64,000 nt of DNA from an uncultured bacterium (GTDB taxonomy: Bacteria > Patescibacteriota > Minisyncoccia > Phycocordibacterales > UBA9973). Below, piece after piece: positions 48,173 to 57,078 of the stretch. The number at the start of each line of letters is the position of its first letter. Position 1 is the first letter of the stretch. Made by a program: the position numbers and the translations under genes. The stretch is from assembly GCA_903892035.1 (NCBI GenBank), contig CAITGV010000001.1, positions 419,310-483,309 on the forward strand. The letters run 5' to 3'. The notes below the pieces were generated by a model. That model searched no databases. It was not told the origin of the DNA and was given only the letters and a program-made list of their open reading frames with translations.

Positions 48173-48769
48173 ATGAGATTAGCAATTTTAATTTCAAATG
48201 CAGGTACGGGTACAAATTTGCAAGCAATTATAGATGCCATAGAGAGCGGAAAATTAAATGCTTCGATTTGTGCTGTTGTTTCTGATAAAACGGAAAGCCC
48301 TGGACTCGAAAGAGCAAAGAAGCACAACTTGCCGATAGAGATATGCGCCAAAAAAGAAGATTTGAAGTCCCTTTTAGAAAAATTAAATCCTGATTATATT
48401 TGCCTTGCAGGTTGGAAACAAATAATTTTAGACGAAGTAATTTTGGCTTTTCCGGATAAGATTTTGAATCTACATCCCGGACTTATTCCAAATACTTTAG
48501 ATACTGCCGTCCAAAATCCAGATGGTAGTTATGCTCTTTGGAATGAAGGAATGCTTACAGACAAAGCGATACAAAATTTCTTGGACAAAAAATCCACATA
48601 CGCCGGCTCTTCAGTTCATTTTTTAACTCTGCATTTTGATTTTGGTCCAGTCCTCGGTCACACATTTGAAAAAATTGAATCTGACGATACTGTCGAAACT
48701 CTCTACTCACGATTGAAAGTAAAAGAAAATGTACTCTACGTGAGTGTTTTGCAAAAATTAGCTAATTAA
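48173..48769 (+). CDS. purN: Phosphoribosylglycinamide formyltransferase
   Basis: MRLAILISNAGTGTNLQAIIDA..., HPGLIP, and a formyl-transferase fold. The ORF track's longer version (48002) overlaps purF and is an in-frame extension. Confidence 0.8.
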   Translation: MRLAILISNAGTGTNLQAIIDAIESGKLNASICAVVSDKTESPGLERAKKHNLPIEICAKKEDLKSLLEKLNPDYICLAGWKQIILDEVILAFPDKILNLHPGLIPNTLDTAVQNPDGSYALWNEGMLTDKAIQNFLDKKSTYAGSSVHFLTLHFDFGPVLGHTFEKIESDDTVETLYSRLKVKENVLYVSVLQKLAN

Positions 48770-48770
48770 T

Positions 48771-48926
48771 ATGAATGATAAAAAACAAAAAATTTTAGAT
48801 CTTAAAAAAGAAATGGATGCAAAACTACTAGTACTCCGCCTGAAAAGGAAAGATATTATTCTTAAATTTAAAAAAAAGCTTGAAGAGGTAAAAATAAATC
48901 AAATCAGAAATAAAATATCTAAATAG
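48771..48926 (+). CDS. Possible small coiled-coil protein (51 aa)
   Basis: ATG-initiated ORF MNDKKQKILDLKKEMDAKLLVLRLKRKD... fills the purN-to-giant-gene gap. Below the ORF-track cutoff; weak. Confidence 0.25.
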   Translation: MNDKKQKILDLKKEMDAKLLVLRLKRKDIILKFKKKLEEVKINQIRNKISK

Positions 48927-48933
48927 TAAATAT

Positions 48934-51900
48934 ATGGCATCAAGAGAAGAAAAAAAGAAAATTGAGAATAAAGAAACAAAAAAAGTTGTTGCTAGTAATA
49001 AGGAGGGGAAGGAAGTATCTCAAGAAGAATTTTTAAATATTGCGAATGCAGAGAAAAGTAAATTTGAAGAAGAGACTAAAAATGCTTTACAAAATCTCAA
49101 CTCAGTTGACCTAGATGAACATACTTTTAACGAGATAAAGAATGAAAATAAAATTGAAGAAGCGTTGGGTGAAAACTTAAAAGAGGCCAATGCGGTAATT
49201 GAGAACGCAAAGAAGAGCCTAGAGGGCGCTGAATTTAACAGAGATAAGTGCCTCTATGATTTGAAGGCCAAAATTGAAAATGCCAATAGTCTCGAGGAAA
49301 TTGTGAGTGCAGTGACGATCGTACTCGAAAGTCAAAAAGACAGAGAGGACTTAAAGATGTTATTTAATAATTTTAAGTTTAAGGCATCTGAATTGACGAG
49401 CGATGGCAAGGAGAGTCTTGTTAAAGACTATTTCGGTGACATAGTCAAAACAATTACTGAATCACTGAGCGATCCTCGAAACGTAGAACAAGTAAAGAAT
49501 ACAGACTTAGTGGACATAAAAAAACAATCCATAGAAGCACTGAGTGATATTGTTCCACCTACTTTACAGGGACAAGAAAGCCCGGAGTATCTTAAAATGC
49601 TAGAGAAAATTCAGTCTAAGATTGTTGTTCCAGAATACAATTTAAGCGAATTTGTGGATTTTTTAAACCAGTATAATGAAGTGTCAAAAGGCAGGGAGGG
49701 CACGTTTGATAAATTTATCTTTAAAGATTTTCCAAAGAAAAAAGATGACTTTTTCCATGTAAAAAATGAAATTAATTATTTATTGCAAGACCCGCTTGCG
49801 CTAGAAAAAATTGACTTTATTGATAAAAGTAGCCTAAATAAAACTCTCAATCTTTTTGACGGAGATGAATTTTATAGAACTGAATATGGTGGACCGGAGA
49901 AGGCAGAGTTTCTAGAAGACAGCAACATTCTCAAGATGCCCGATTATAAAAAAGGTGTAAATATTTTTAATACTGAATACGTTCAAACAGAAAGGGCGAA
50001 CAAATTACACGGACTGTCGTTAGGGTCACTGAAACTTGCCAAAAACAACGAGTATTTTGACATTAAAACTAAGTATTCATCTGGTGCTCCAACGATAAAT
50101 CTAATCACAGAGGAAGAACTAAAGAAAATTCACGATTTTGATAGTAATCTAAAAGAATTAGATCTATATCAAATGGAATATTTCAAAGAAAATGTTGAAA
50201 ACCTACCGCAAGACATCAAAGATTTTTACCAGAAAGTTTATAACGAGCAGAATTATTCAGGTAATTTTAGCGCAGTCGCAAATAAATCTTTTTTTGAACT
50301 GGCAAAAAGTCCTGAAAACCTGAATAAAATTAAGAAATGCTTTGAGTCCAGATTGATTAGCACTATATACGATAATAATTATATCGAAAGAGTTGCGGAG
50401 TTAGATGAAAAAATCATTGATTTGATGATAGAAACTGGAGAGGGCTTGAATGCAAACATAGAATTGTTGGAAAAAGTTGCCGGCTTAAACGATCCTGACA
50501 AGGAGAAGTACAAGGAAATTGTTGCGGGGTACAGTCTTTTATCAAATTACGATAAACTTGAAACAACAGAATATGTACAGCGTATAAAGGAAATACCTGC
50601 TGAAGAAATGGACTTTTTTCTGAAATGGCAGAATACTCAGGGTAATAAGTGCTATTTTGGAATCAAAAAACTTACAGGGCCGTTGGATGACGCACTGTAT
50701 AGGAAGGAAGATTTCTCTAAACTAGTAGAGTTCCATAATAGTAGCCCAGACGCGGACTCCTTGATTTTTGATTTTTTTGCCAAGAATGATCCATACGTTT
50801 CTGATATAGTAAGAAATATTGAAACATATGGAAAAAATCCAAAAAAGTTTTTTACAGATAACCCAAAGGATGTTATTAAAAATTTTGATGAGATTCAAAA
50901 GCTTTTGGCGAGTAGGGGCGAGTCTTTAAATCAAGAAGAACTTAACTCAATATTCAATTATACTTTGAAGAGTAGTCCTCAGATGTTTCTTGAAAAAATC
51001 AGCTTCCCACTCTCACCAGAACAGCAGAAAGTTATTGATATTTTCACGAAAATTTCAAACTCGCCATCAAGTGAAATGAAAAATATGGCGCTCGAGCTCT
51101 CACTGCAGATAGTGGAGGGTGGGGATCTTTCAACCATCGATGAACGATATGAAAAGATTGATAGCATTTTTGTGCGAAACAATATCCCGTTTGTGGGAAA
51201 GCAGGCAAAGATTTGTGAAGCGCTCCACCCTCAGATAGTTACACAAAATAATTCTAGCCCAGAACTGCAATCTCTACATAGCAACAATGCTAGGCGACTT
51301 TTGATTTTCAAAGATTTGATGCTCACAAACTTTAACAGTTTGAACTCAAACTTGGAACAATATCTTTTGGTTTTCAAAAGTGGTCAGGAGGTTTTGGATA
51401 AATATGAAAGTGGTGAGCAGTTGAGCGGAGACGAAGAAGAAAAACTGAAGTATTTCTTTAAAAAGATTAACGCTCTTTCCGAAAATACCAAAAAGACTGA
51501 CAAGTTCAACAAGTTTGATTTGGAAGATTTAAGTTTGACTGAAAACTTGCAAGCGCTGAAATCAAATTTTGGTGTTGGAGAAAATCAGACAATAATCGGC
51601 AAATTTGAAGATACTTTTTTGAAAAGAATTGGTATAAGTAATTTCTCTGAAGCCCTAAAACGTTATGATGATTTACGTGAAGCAGTAAGCAACCGTAATA
51701 AGCAACTAGCGGAGAGTGGGCAGATTAATTTAGGTGAAAATGATTTAGCTAAGGGTATTTCTATTGATTATTTTGATAAAAATCTTGATCGAGGTATTTA
51801 TGCACCTGAGTTTATTGGGGCAGAAACCATTGAAGCAAAAGGTAAATCAAAAGGCAGTGATTCTACGCCATGGGATACGGATTTAATTATGGTCGGAAAT

Positions 51901-53154
51901 AGGAATACTTCAGAAATTATAGAAAAATCTACAGCTTCAGGGTATGGCGAAGCAATAATAATCATCAGAGATAGAGGCCAATTTAATCGTACGGAAAAAG
52001 GACAACCCATAGAAAAAGGTCAAGATAAATTGGAGTTATTTAAGACTCGTGCTTTGGGCGAGGACCATTATGGTATCAGGACTGGTTTTGGTTCGACCGA
52101 GATTGATGCGTTGCTGGCCAAGGATAATGTAATACAAAATAGCAAACAGCTAGATTCGCTGAAGTTCTCAATAGCGCAAAAGGGCTTCTATATACCTATC
52201 TGCGATAAAACAGGCAAGGTTATTTTTACTGCCGATGAATATGAAGAATACAAGAAAATATTTGCTGGTGTTGATAAATATCATGGTGAGGAAATCAGCT
52301 TACGGGAAGACTGGAAAAATTCTAAATTCAGCGAAGACATTAGCAAGTTTTCTCAAACTAACGAAAATCTTGATAATATTAACAAGATTAAGGATGATAT
52401 TTATTCTGATATTGAAAGTGACCTGAAAACTTTTGGAATTGAGCTTCATAAAGGACGTTACGACGATAGCGTTGTGGGAGCAAAGATAATCGATACAGGC
52501 TCTACTGGTCGTGGTGCAGCCCTCGACGAAGGATATGATCTTGACTTTGTTATTAAGGTCGACGATCGGGATGCAGATAAGATTAGTCAAATGGCTGAAA
52601 ATTTGAAAAAGAAGTATCCATATGATCAAGATTATGAAAGAGATGGCATGAGAACGTATAGGTTTAAGAGTTTTGAAAAAGATGGAAACAAAATTGACTT
52701 GGATATTAGTTTTGTCAAAAAATCAGACAGTGAAGAACTTGATGCAAATGAAGCCGTCGCGCAGAAGTACGACTCTATCAAAAAATCTTCAGGAGAAGAT
52801 AAGTTACTTGATGTTCTAACAAATGTCAGATTTGCAAAAAAGGAGTTGAAGGAAGCAGGTTGCTATAAGAAAGGAATGACTGGTAATGGAGAACAACAAG
52901 GCGGAATGGGTGGCATTGGCGTTGAAAACTGGATATTGCAAAATGGTGGAGATGCGGTGGATGCATTTAGAGATTTCAATAAAAATGCTTACCAAGATGG
53001 TGAACTCGTATCATTTAATGACTTCAAGAAAAAATACAAGATCTTCAGCGCTGGTAGCAATATACGAGGCGGAGTCAAGGCAGAAAACTTCGTTTATAAT
53101 ATGGATGAAACAGGCTATAATAAAATGGCTGAACTTTCGAAGAAGTTTATTTAG
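48934..53154 (+). CDS. Giant (1406 aa) protein: long Lys/Glu/Asn-rich helical N-terminal region plus a C-terminal polymerase-beta-superfamily nucleotidyltransferase domain
   Basis: C-terminal motif IIDTGSTGRGAALDEGYDLDFVIKVDD (hG[GS]x9-13DhD) plus a downstream IDLDISF acidic strand. No signal peptide. Located inside the pur cluster. Confidence 0.75.
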   Translation: MASREEKKKIENKETKKVVASNKEGKEVSQEEFLNIANAEKSKFEEETKNALQNLNSVDLDEHTFNEIKNENKIEEALGENLKEANAVIENAKKSLEGAEFNRDKCLYDLKAKIENANSLEEIVSAVTIVLESQKDREDLKMLFNNFKFKASELTSDGKESLVKDYFGDIVKTITESLSDPRNVEQVKNTDLVDIKKQSIEALSDIVPPTLQGQESPEYLKMLEKIQSKIVVPEYNLSEFVDFLNQYNEVSKGREGTFDKFIFKDFPKKKDDFFHVKNEINYLLQDPLALEKIDFIDKSSLNKTLNLFDGDEFYRTEYGGPEKAEFLEDSNILKMPDYKKGVNIFNTEYVQTERANKLHGLSLGSLKLAKNNEYFDIKTKYSSGAPTINLITEEELKKIHDFDSNLKELDLYQMEYFKENVENLPQDIKDFYQKVYNEQNYSGNFSAVANKSFFELAKSPENLNKIKKCFESRLISTIYDNNYIERVAELDEKIIDLMIETGEGLNANIELLEKVAGLNDPDKEKYKEIVAGYSLLSNYDKLETTEYVQRIKEIPAEEMDFFLKWQNTQGNKCYFGIKKLTGPLDDALYRKEDFSKLVEFHNSSPDADSLIFDFFAKNDPYVSDIVRNIETYGKNPKKFFTDNPKDVIKNFDEIQKLLASRGESLNQEELNSIFNYTLKSSPQMFLEKISFPLSPEQQKVIDIFTKISNSPSSEMKNMALELSLQIVEGGDLSTIDERYEKIDSIFVRNNIPFVGKQAKICEALHPQIVTQNNSSPELQSLHSNNARRLLIFKDLMLTNFNSLNSNLEQYLLVFKSGQEVLDKYESGEQLSGDEEEKLKYFFKKINALSENTKKTDKFNKFDLEDLSLTENLQALKSNFGVGENQTIIGKFEDTFLKRIGISNFSEALKRYDDLREAVSNRNKQLAESGQINLGENDLAKGISIDYFDKNLDRGIYAPEFIGAETIEAKGKSKGSDSTPWDTDLIMVGNRNTSEIIEKSTASGYGEAIIIIRDRGQFNRTEKGQPIEKGQDKLELFKTRALGEDHYGIRTGFGSTEIDALLAKDNVIQNSKQLDSLKFSIAQKGFYIPICDKTGKVIFTADEYEEYKKIFAGVDKYHGEEISLREDWKNSKFSEDISKFSQTNENLDNINKIKDDIYSDIESDLKTFGIELHKGRYDDSVVGAKIIDTGSTGRGAALDEGYDLDFVIKVDDRDADKISQMAENLKKKYPYDQDYERDGMRTYRFKSFEKDGNKIDLDISFVKKSDSEELDANEAVAQKYDSIKKSSGEDKLLDVLTNVRFAKKELKEAGCYKKGMTGNGEQQGGMGGIGVENWILQNGGDAVDAFRDFNKNAYQDGELVSFNDFKKKYKIFSAGSNIRGGVKAENFVYNMDETGYNKMAELSKKFI

Positions 53155-53168
53155 ATTAACCAACATAT

Positions 53169-54479
53169 ATGCAAAAACAGAAAATTTTAATAATAGGTGG
53201 AGGAGGACGTGAGCATGCGGTCGGGTGGAAAGTGGCGCAGTCGCCGAGAGCGGGTGAGCTGTTTTTTGCGCCCGGCAATGCGGGTACTGCGACACTTGGT
53301 ACAAACGTACCTATTTCTGCTACAGATATTCCTGCACTTATTAATTTTGCAAAAAAAGAAAATATTGATTTAACCTTGGCTTTGCCGGATGATCCACTTT
53401 CACTCGGTATTGTTGATCAGTTTAATGCCGAAGGTCTACGAATCTGGGGACCAACAAAAGCTGCCGCTCAACTTGAATCTTCGAAAGCTTATGCAAAAGA
53501 TTTTATGAAAAGGCACAATTTGCCTACAGCAAAATTTGAAACATTTACTGATTTTGAAAAAGCAAAAGAATATGTAGCAAATGGGTCGTTGCCAGTCGTA
53601 ATCAAAGCAAGTGGTTTGGCGCTCGGGAAAGGTGTGGTTATTTGTGAGACTCTCAATCAAGCAAATGAAGCATTGGAAAATATGCTCGTGAAAAAAGTTT
53701 TTGGCGAATCTGGTGCGACTGTCGTGATTGAAGAGTTTTTATTAGGTCCAGAAATTTCCATTCATGCATTTTGTGACGGAGAAAATTATAAAATATTTCC
53801 TTCCGCTCAAGATCATAAAAGAGTAGGTGTTGGGGACACAGGACCCAATACTGGCGGAATGGGTACAGTTGCACCAGTGCCATTTGCATCCACTGAATTA
53901 ATGAAAAAAATTGAAGAGAGTATTGTCGCTCCGACTTTGCGCGCAATGGTTGCGGACGGAATCCCATTTCAAGGTGTTCTTTTTCCAGGACTGATGCTGA
54001 CAAAAGATGGTCCTAAGATTTTGGAATTTAATGCACGCTTTGGCGACCCAGAAACACAATCTTTTATGCGTTTACTCGACACTGACCTGATTGAAATTAT
54101 TGAAGCGACACTCGATCATAAACTTAATGAAATAGAAATAAAATGGAAACCTTTATTCGCCTGCAACATTGTACTTGCATCTCTAGGCTATCCAGGGAAT
54201 TATGAAAAGGGGAAAGTGATTACGGGACTTGAGAAGTTTCCTCCCCTTGATAAGGGGGAGGTGCCAGAGGCGGAGGGGGTTGTATTATTTCATGCTGGTA
54301 CAAAGGCAGAAAATGGAGAACTTTTAACCAATGGCGGGCGGGTGCTCGGTGTATCAGCCACAGGAAATACACTTCCTGAAGCCCTAGAGAAAGCTTATAA
54401 AGCAATTGAGAGCATTAATTTCGATGGTATGCAATATCGCAAAGATATTGGAAAAAATGCGATGAAAATGCTAGAGTAA
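53169..54479 (+). CDS. purD: Phosphoribosylamine--glycine ligase
   Basis: ILIIGGGGREHA N-terminus and an ATP-grasp core. Carries one palindromic-element insertion near the C-terminus. Confidence 0.9.
   Translation: MQKQKILIIGGGGREHAVGWKVAQSPRAGELFFAPGNAGTATLGTNVPISATDIPALINFAKKENIDLTLALPDDPLSLGIVDQFNAEGLRIWGPTKAAAQLESSKAYAKDFMKRHNLPTAKFETFTDFEKAKEYVANGSLPVVIKASGLALGKGVVICETLNQANEALENMLVKKVFGESGATVVIEEFLLGPEISIHAFCDGENYKIFPSAQDHKRVGVGDTGPNTGGMGTVAPVPFASTELMKKIEESIVAPTLRAMVADGIPFQGVLFPGLMLTKDGPKILEFNARFGDPETQSFMRLLDTDLIEIIEATLDHKLNEIEIKWKPLFACNIVLASLGYPGNYEKGKVITGLEKFPPLDKGEVPEAEGVVLFHAGTKAENGELLTNGGRVLGVSATGNTLPEALEKAYKAIESINFDGMQYRKDIGKNAMKMLE
54237..54284 (+). repeat. Variant in-frame palindromic element (purD copy)
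   Basis: CCTCCCC-TTGATAA-GGGGAGG, then TGCCAGAGGCGGAGGGGGTTG. Encodes PPLDKGEVPEAEGV immediately before the conserved VLFHAGT. Confidence 0.65.
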
Positions 54480-54483
54480 ACTT

Positions 54484-55005
54484 ATGAAAAAAATTAAAAC
54501 ACAAGTTAAAATATTGATGGGGTCAGATTCCGATTTAGAAGTAATGTCAGATGCAGCAAAGGTGTTTGAGGATTTTGGAGTAGCACACGAAATAATCGTT
54601 GCTTCTGCTCATCGAAGTCCAGAATTTGTGCATAAGCATATTTCAAATGCAAAAACCCAAGGTGTGCAAGTAATTATTGCGGGTGCTGGTGGAGCAGCGC
54701 ATTTGGCTGGAGTGTGTGCATCTCTCACAACTCTTCCCGTCATTGGTGTGCCAGTGAAAGCAAAAACTCTCGACGGTTTGGATTCACTTCTTTCAACTGT
54801 GGGAATGCCACCCGGAGTACCTGTTGCAACTGTCGGCATCAATTCTTCAAAAAATGCAGGCCTTCTTGCTGTACAAATTCTCGCGCTTTCTGATGTGATA
54901 CTTTCAAAAAAAATGATTGAATATAAAAAAAAGATGGCAATAGAAATTGAAAACAAAGCTGAAAAACTTTCAAAGTTGGGTTATAAAAAATATCTCGGAC
55001 AATAA
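54484..55005 (+). CDS. purE: N5-carboxyaminoimidazole ribonucleotide mutase / AIR carboxylase
   Basis: MGSDSD...ASAHRSP...IAGAGGAAHLAG motifs. Confidence 0.9.
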   Translation: MKKIKTQVKILMGSDSDLEVMSDAAKVFEDFGVAHEIIVASAHRSPEFVHKHISNAKTQGVQVIIAGAGGAAHLAGVCASLTTLPVIGVPVKAKTLDGLDSLLSTVGMPPGVPVATVGINSSKNAGLLAVQILALSDVILSKKMIEYKKKMAIEIENKAEKLSKLGYKKYLGQ

Positions 55006-55008
55006 TTT

Positions 55009-56046
55009 ATGTCTGATCTTTACAAACAATCTGGAGTTTCGATTGACGATGGAAATGCTGTCGTCGCAAATATAAAAGACGTCGTTGCCAAAACGCATTC
55101 TTCTTCTGTGCTTGTGGGTATCGGAAGTTTTGGCGCTTTGTATGATTTATCCGAAGTATTAAAAAAATATAAAAACCCTGTTCTTGTGCAAAGTGTGGAC
55201 GGTGTGGGTACAAAGCTTATGGTTGCGAAAATGGCAAATGACTATTCTAAAGTCGGTGCCGACATCGTGAACCACAGTGCAAATGACATCGTATGCATGG
55301 GTGCCGAACCGCTGACATTTCTAGATTATGTCGCTCATGAAAAATTGGAAAAAGATGTAATGAATGAAATTATTCGTGGCATGGCGGATGCTTGCGTGGA
55401 AGGAAAAATTTCTCTCATTGGTGGTGAGACTGCAGAAATGCCTGGTGTGTATGTGAAAGGTGAGCACGATATTGCAGGAGCTATCACTGGAGTTGTGGAG
55501 CGTGAAAAAATAATTACAGGAGAAAAAATTGAAGTCGGAGATGCTGTTATTGGACTTTCATCTTCGGGACTGCACACAAATGGTTATTCTCTTGCTCGTA
55601 AAGCATTTTTTGATATTGGAAAATTTGGTGTGAATGATACACCAGAAGGACTCGATGGCACAGTCGGTGAAGTTCTTCTTCGCGCACATTTAAATTATTC
55701 TCCAGCAGTTTTAAATTTAATTTCTCAAAATATACAAATCAACGGTATTGCACATTTGACTGGTGGAGGTTTTGTAGAAAATATTCCACGCATATTGCCA
55801 AAAAATGTAAATGTAAAAATAAACAAAGGCTCATGGCCTGTGCTTCCAGTGTTTTCTACAATTGCGCGTATTGCGAATGTTTCAGAAGATGAATGCTATC
55901 GTGCTTTTAACATGGGAATTGGTATGATTCTTGTCGTCCCTCAGTCTGAAAAAGCTCGCGTATTGGAAATCTTATCCTCAGAACAAAAGTTTAAAGCTTA
56001 CGAAATAGGGGAAATTATCTCTGGAAACGGTGTAGTTGTATTCTAA
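55009..56046 (+). CDS. purM: Phosphoribosylformylglycinamidine cyclo-ligase (AIR synthetase)
   Basis: PurM fold: VDGVGTK, GGETAEMPG, HLTGGG. Confidence 0.9.
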   Translation: MSDLYKQSGVSIDDGNAVVANIKDVVAKTHSSSVLVGIGSFGALYDLSEVLKKYKNPVLVQSVDGVGTKLMVAKMANDYSKVGADIVNHSANDIVCMGAEPLTFLDYVAHEKLEKDVMNEIIRGMADACVEGKISLIGGETAEMPGVYVKGEHDIAGAITGVVEREKIITGEKIEVGDAVIGLSSSGLHTNGYSLARKAFFDIGKFGVNDTPEGLDGTVGEVLLRAHLNYSPAVLNLISQNIQINGIAHLTGGGFVENIPRILPKNVNVKINKGSWPVLPVFSTIARIANVSEDECYRAFNMGIGMILVVPQSEKARVLEILSSEQKFKAYEIGEIISGNGVVVF

Positions 56047-56070
56047 TAAGTTTTGCCGTAATATTAGACT

Positions 56071-57039
56071 ATGTTAAACATACAAGAAATAAAAGACCAC
56101 ATGGACTACGTTATAAGTAGTACAGATTTTACTAATTTAGGTGAGAAAAAAGTCGGCAAGGTTCGAGATATTTATTTACAAAATGACAAGATAATTTTAG
56201 TAGCTACAGATCGCTACAGTGCTTTTGATCGCAACCTCGCCCTCGTGCCACACAAAGGAAGTGTGCTTACTGGTACAAGTTTATTTTGGTTTGAAAATAC
56301 AAAAGACATTGTTCAAAATCACATCATCAGTAGTCCTGACCCAAGTGTCGTAGTCGCAAAGAAATGTTCTGTGATTCCTATTGAGGTTGTCGTCCGCGGA
56401 TACATCACTGGTGTGACTGGTACTGCACTTTGGACACTTTATCAAAAAGGCGAGAGAGACTTCGGAAGCTTCACTCTTCCAGAAGGAATGAAGAAAAATC
56501 AAAAATTGGAAACTCCAGTTCTTACTCCTACTACAAAATCTGACGAACATGACAAACCTCTTACAGAAAAAGAAATTGTGGACGAAGGCCACGTGCGCGA
56601 AGATTTGTGGCAAGAAGTTCGCACGACAGCTTTAAAGCTTTTTGCTCGTGGACAGGAAATTGCATCACAGCGTGGACTAATACTTGTGGATACAAAATAT
56701 GAATTTGGTTTGGACGACAAAGGTAAACTTACATTGATTGATGAAATCCACACTCCCGACTCTTCTCGCTATTGGAAACTCGCAACATACAATGAACGTT
56801 TTGAAAAAGGCGAAGAACCAGAATATTTCGACAAAGAATTTGTCCGTATGTGGTTCAAAGGGCATTGCGATCCCTACAATGACGCCGTTCTACCCGAAGC
56901 TCCAGCTGACCTCATCGCCGAGCTTTCCCGCCGTTACATCGAAATCTACGAAACCATCACCGGCAAAACTTTCACCGCCGACTTCAACCAACCAATTGGT
57001 GAACGCATAGAAAATAACCTAAAAAGTTTTCAAATATAA
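56071..57039 (+). CDS. purC: Phosphoribosylaminoimidazole-succinocarboxamide synthase
   Basis: SAICAR synthetase motifs (GKVRDIY, VVRGYITG, LVDTKYEFG), long form. Confidence 0.85.
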   Translation: MLNIQEIKDHMDYVISSTDFTNLGEKKVGKVRDIYLQNDKIILVATDRYSAFDRNLALVPHKGSVLTGTSLFWFENTKDIVQNHIISSPDPSVVVAKKCSVIPIEVVVRGYITGVTGTALWTLYQKGERDFGSFTLPEGMKKNQKLETPVLTPTTKSDEHDKPLTEKEIVDEGHVREDLWQEVRTTALKLFARGQEIASQRGLILVDTKYEFGLDDKGKLTLIDEIHTPDSSRYWKLATYNERFEKGEEPEYFDKEFVRMWFKGHCDPYNDAVLPEAPADLIAELSRRYIEIYETITGKTFTADFNQPIGERIENNLKSFQI

Positions 57040-57078
57040 AACGTTGCAAAAAGGGGTTAAATCCACTATAATCTCCAC

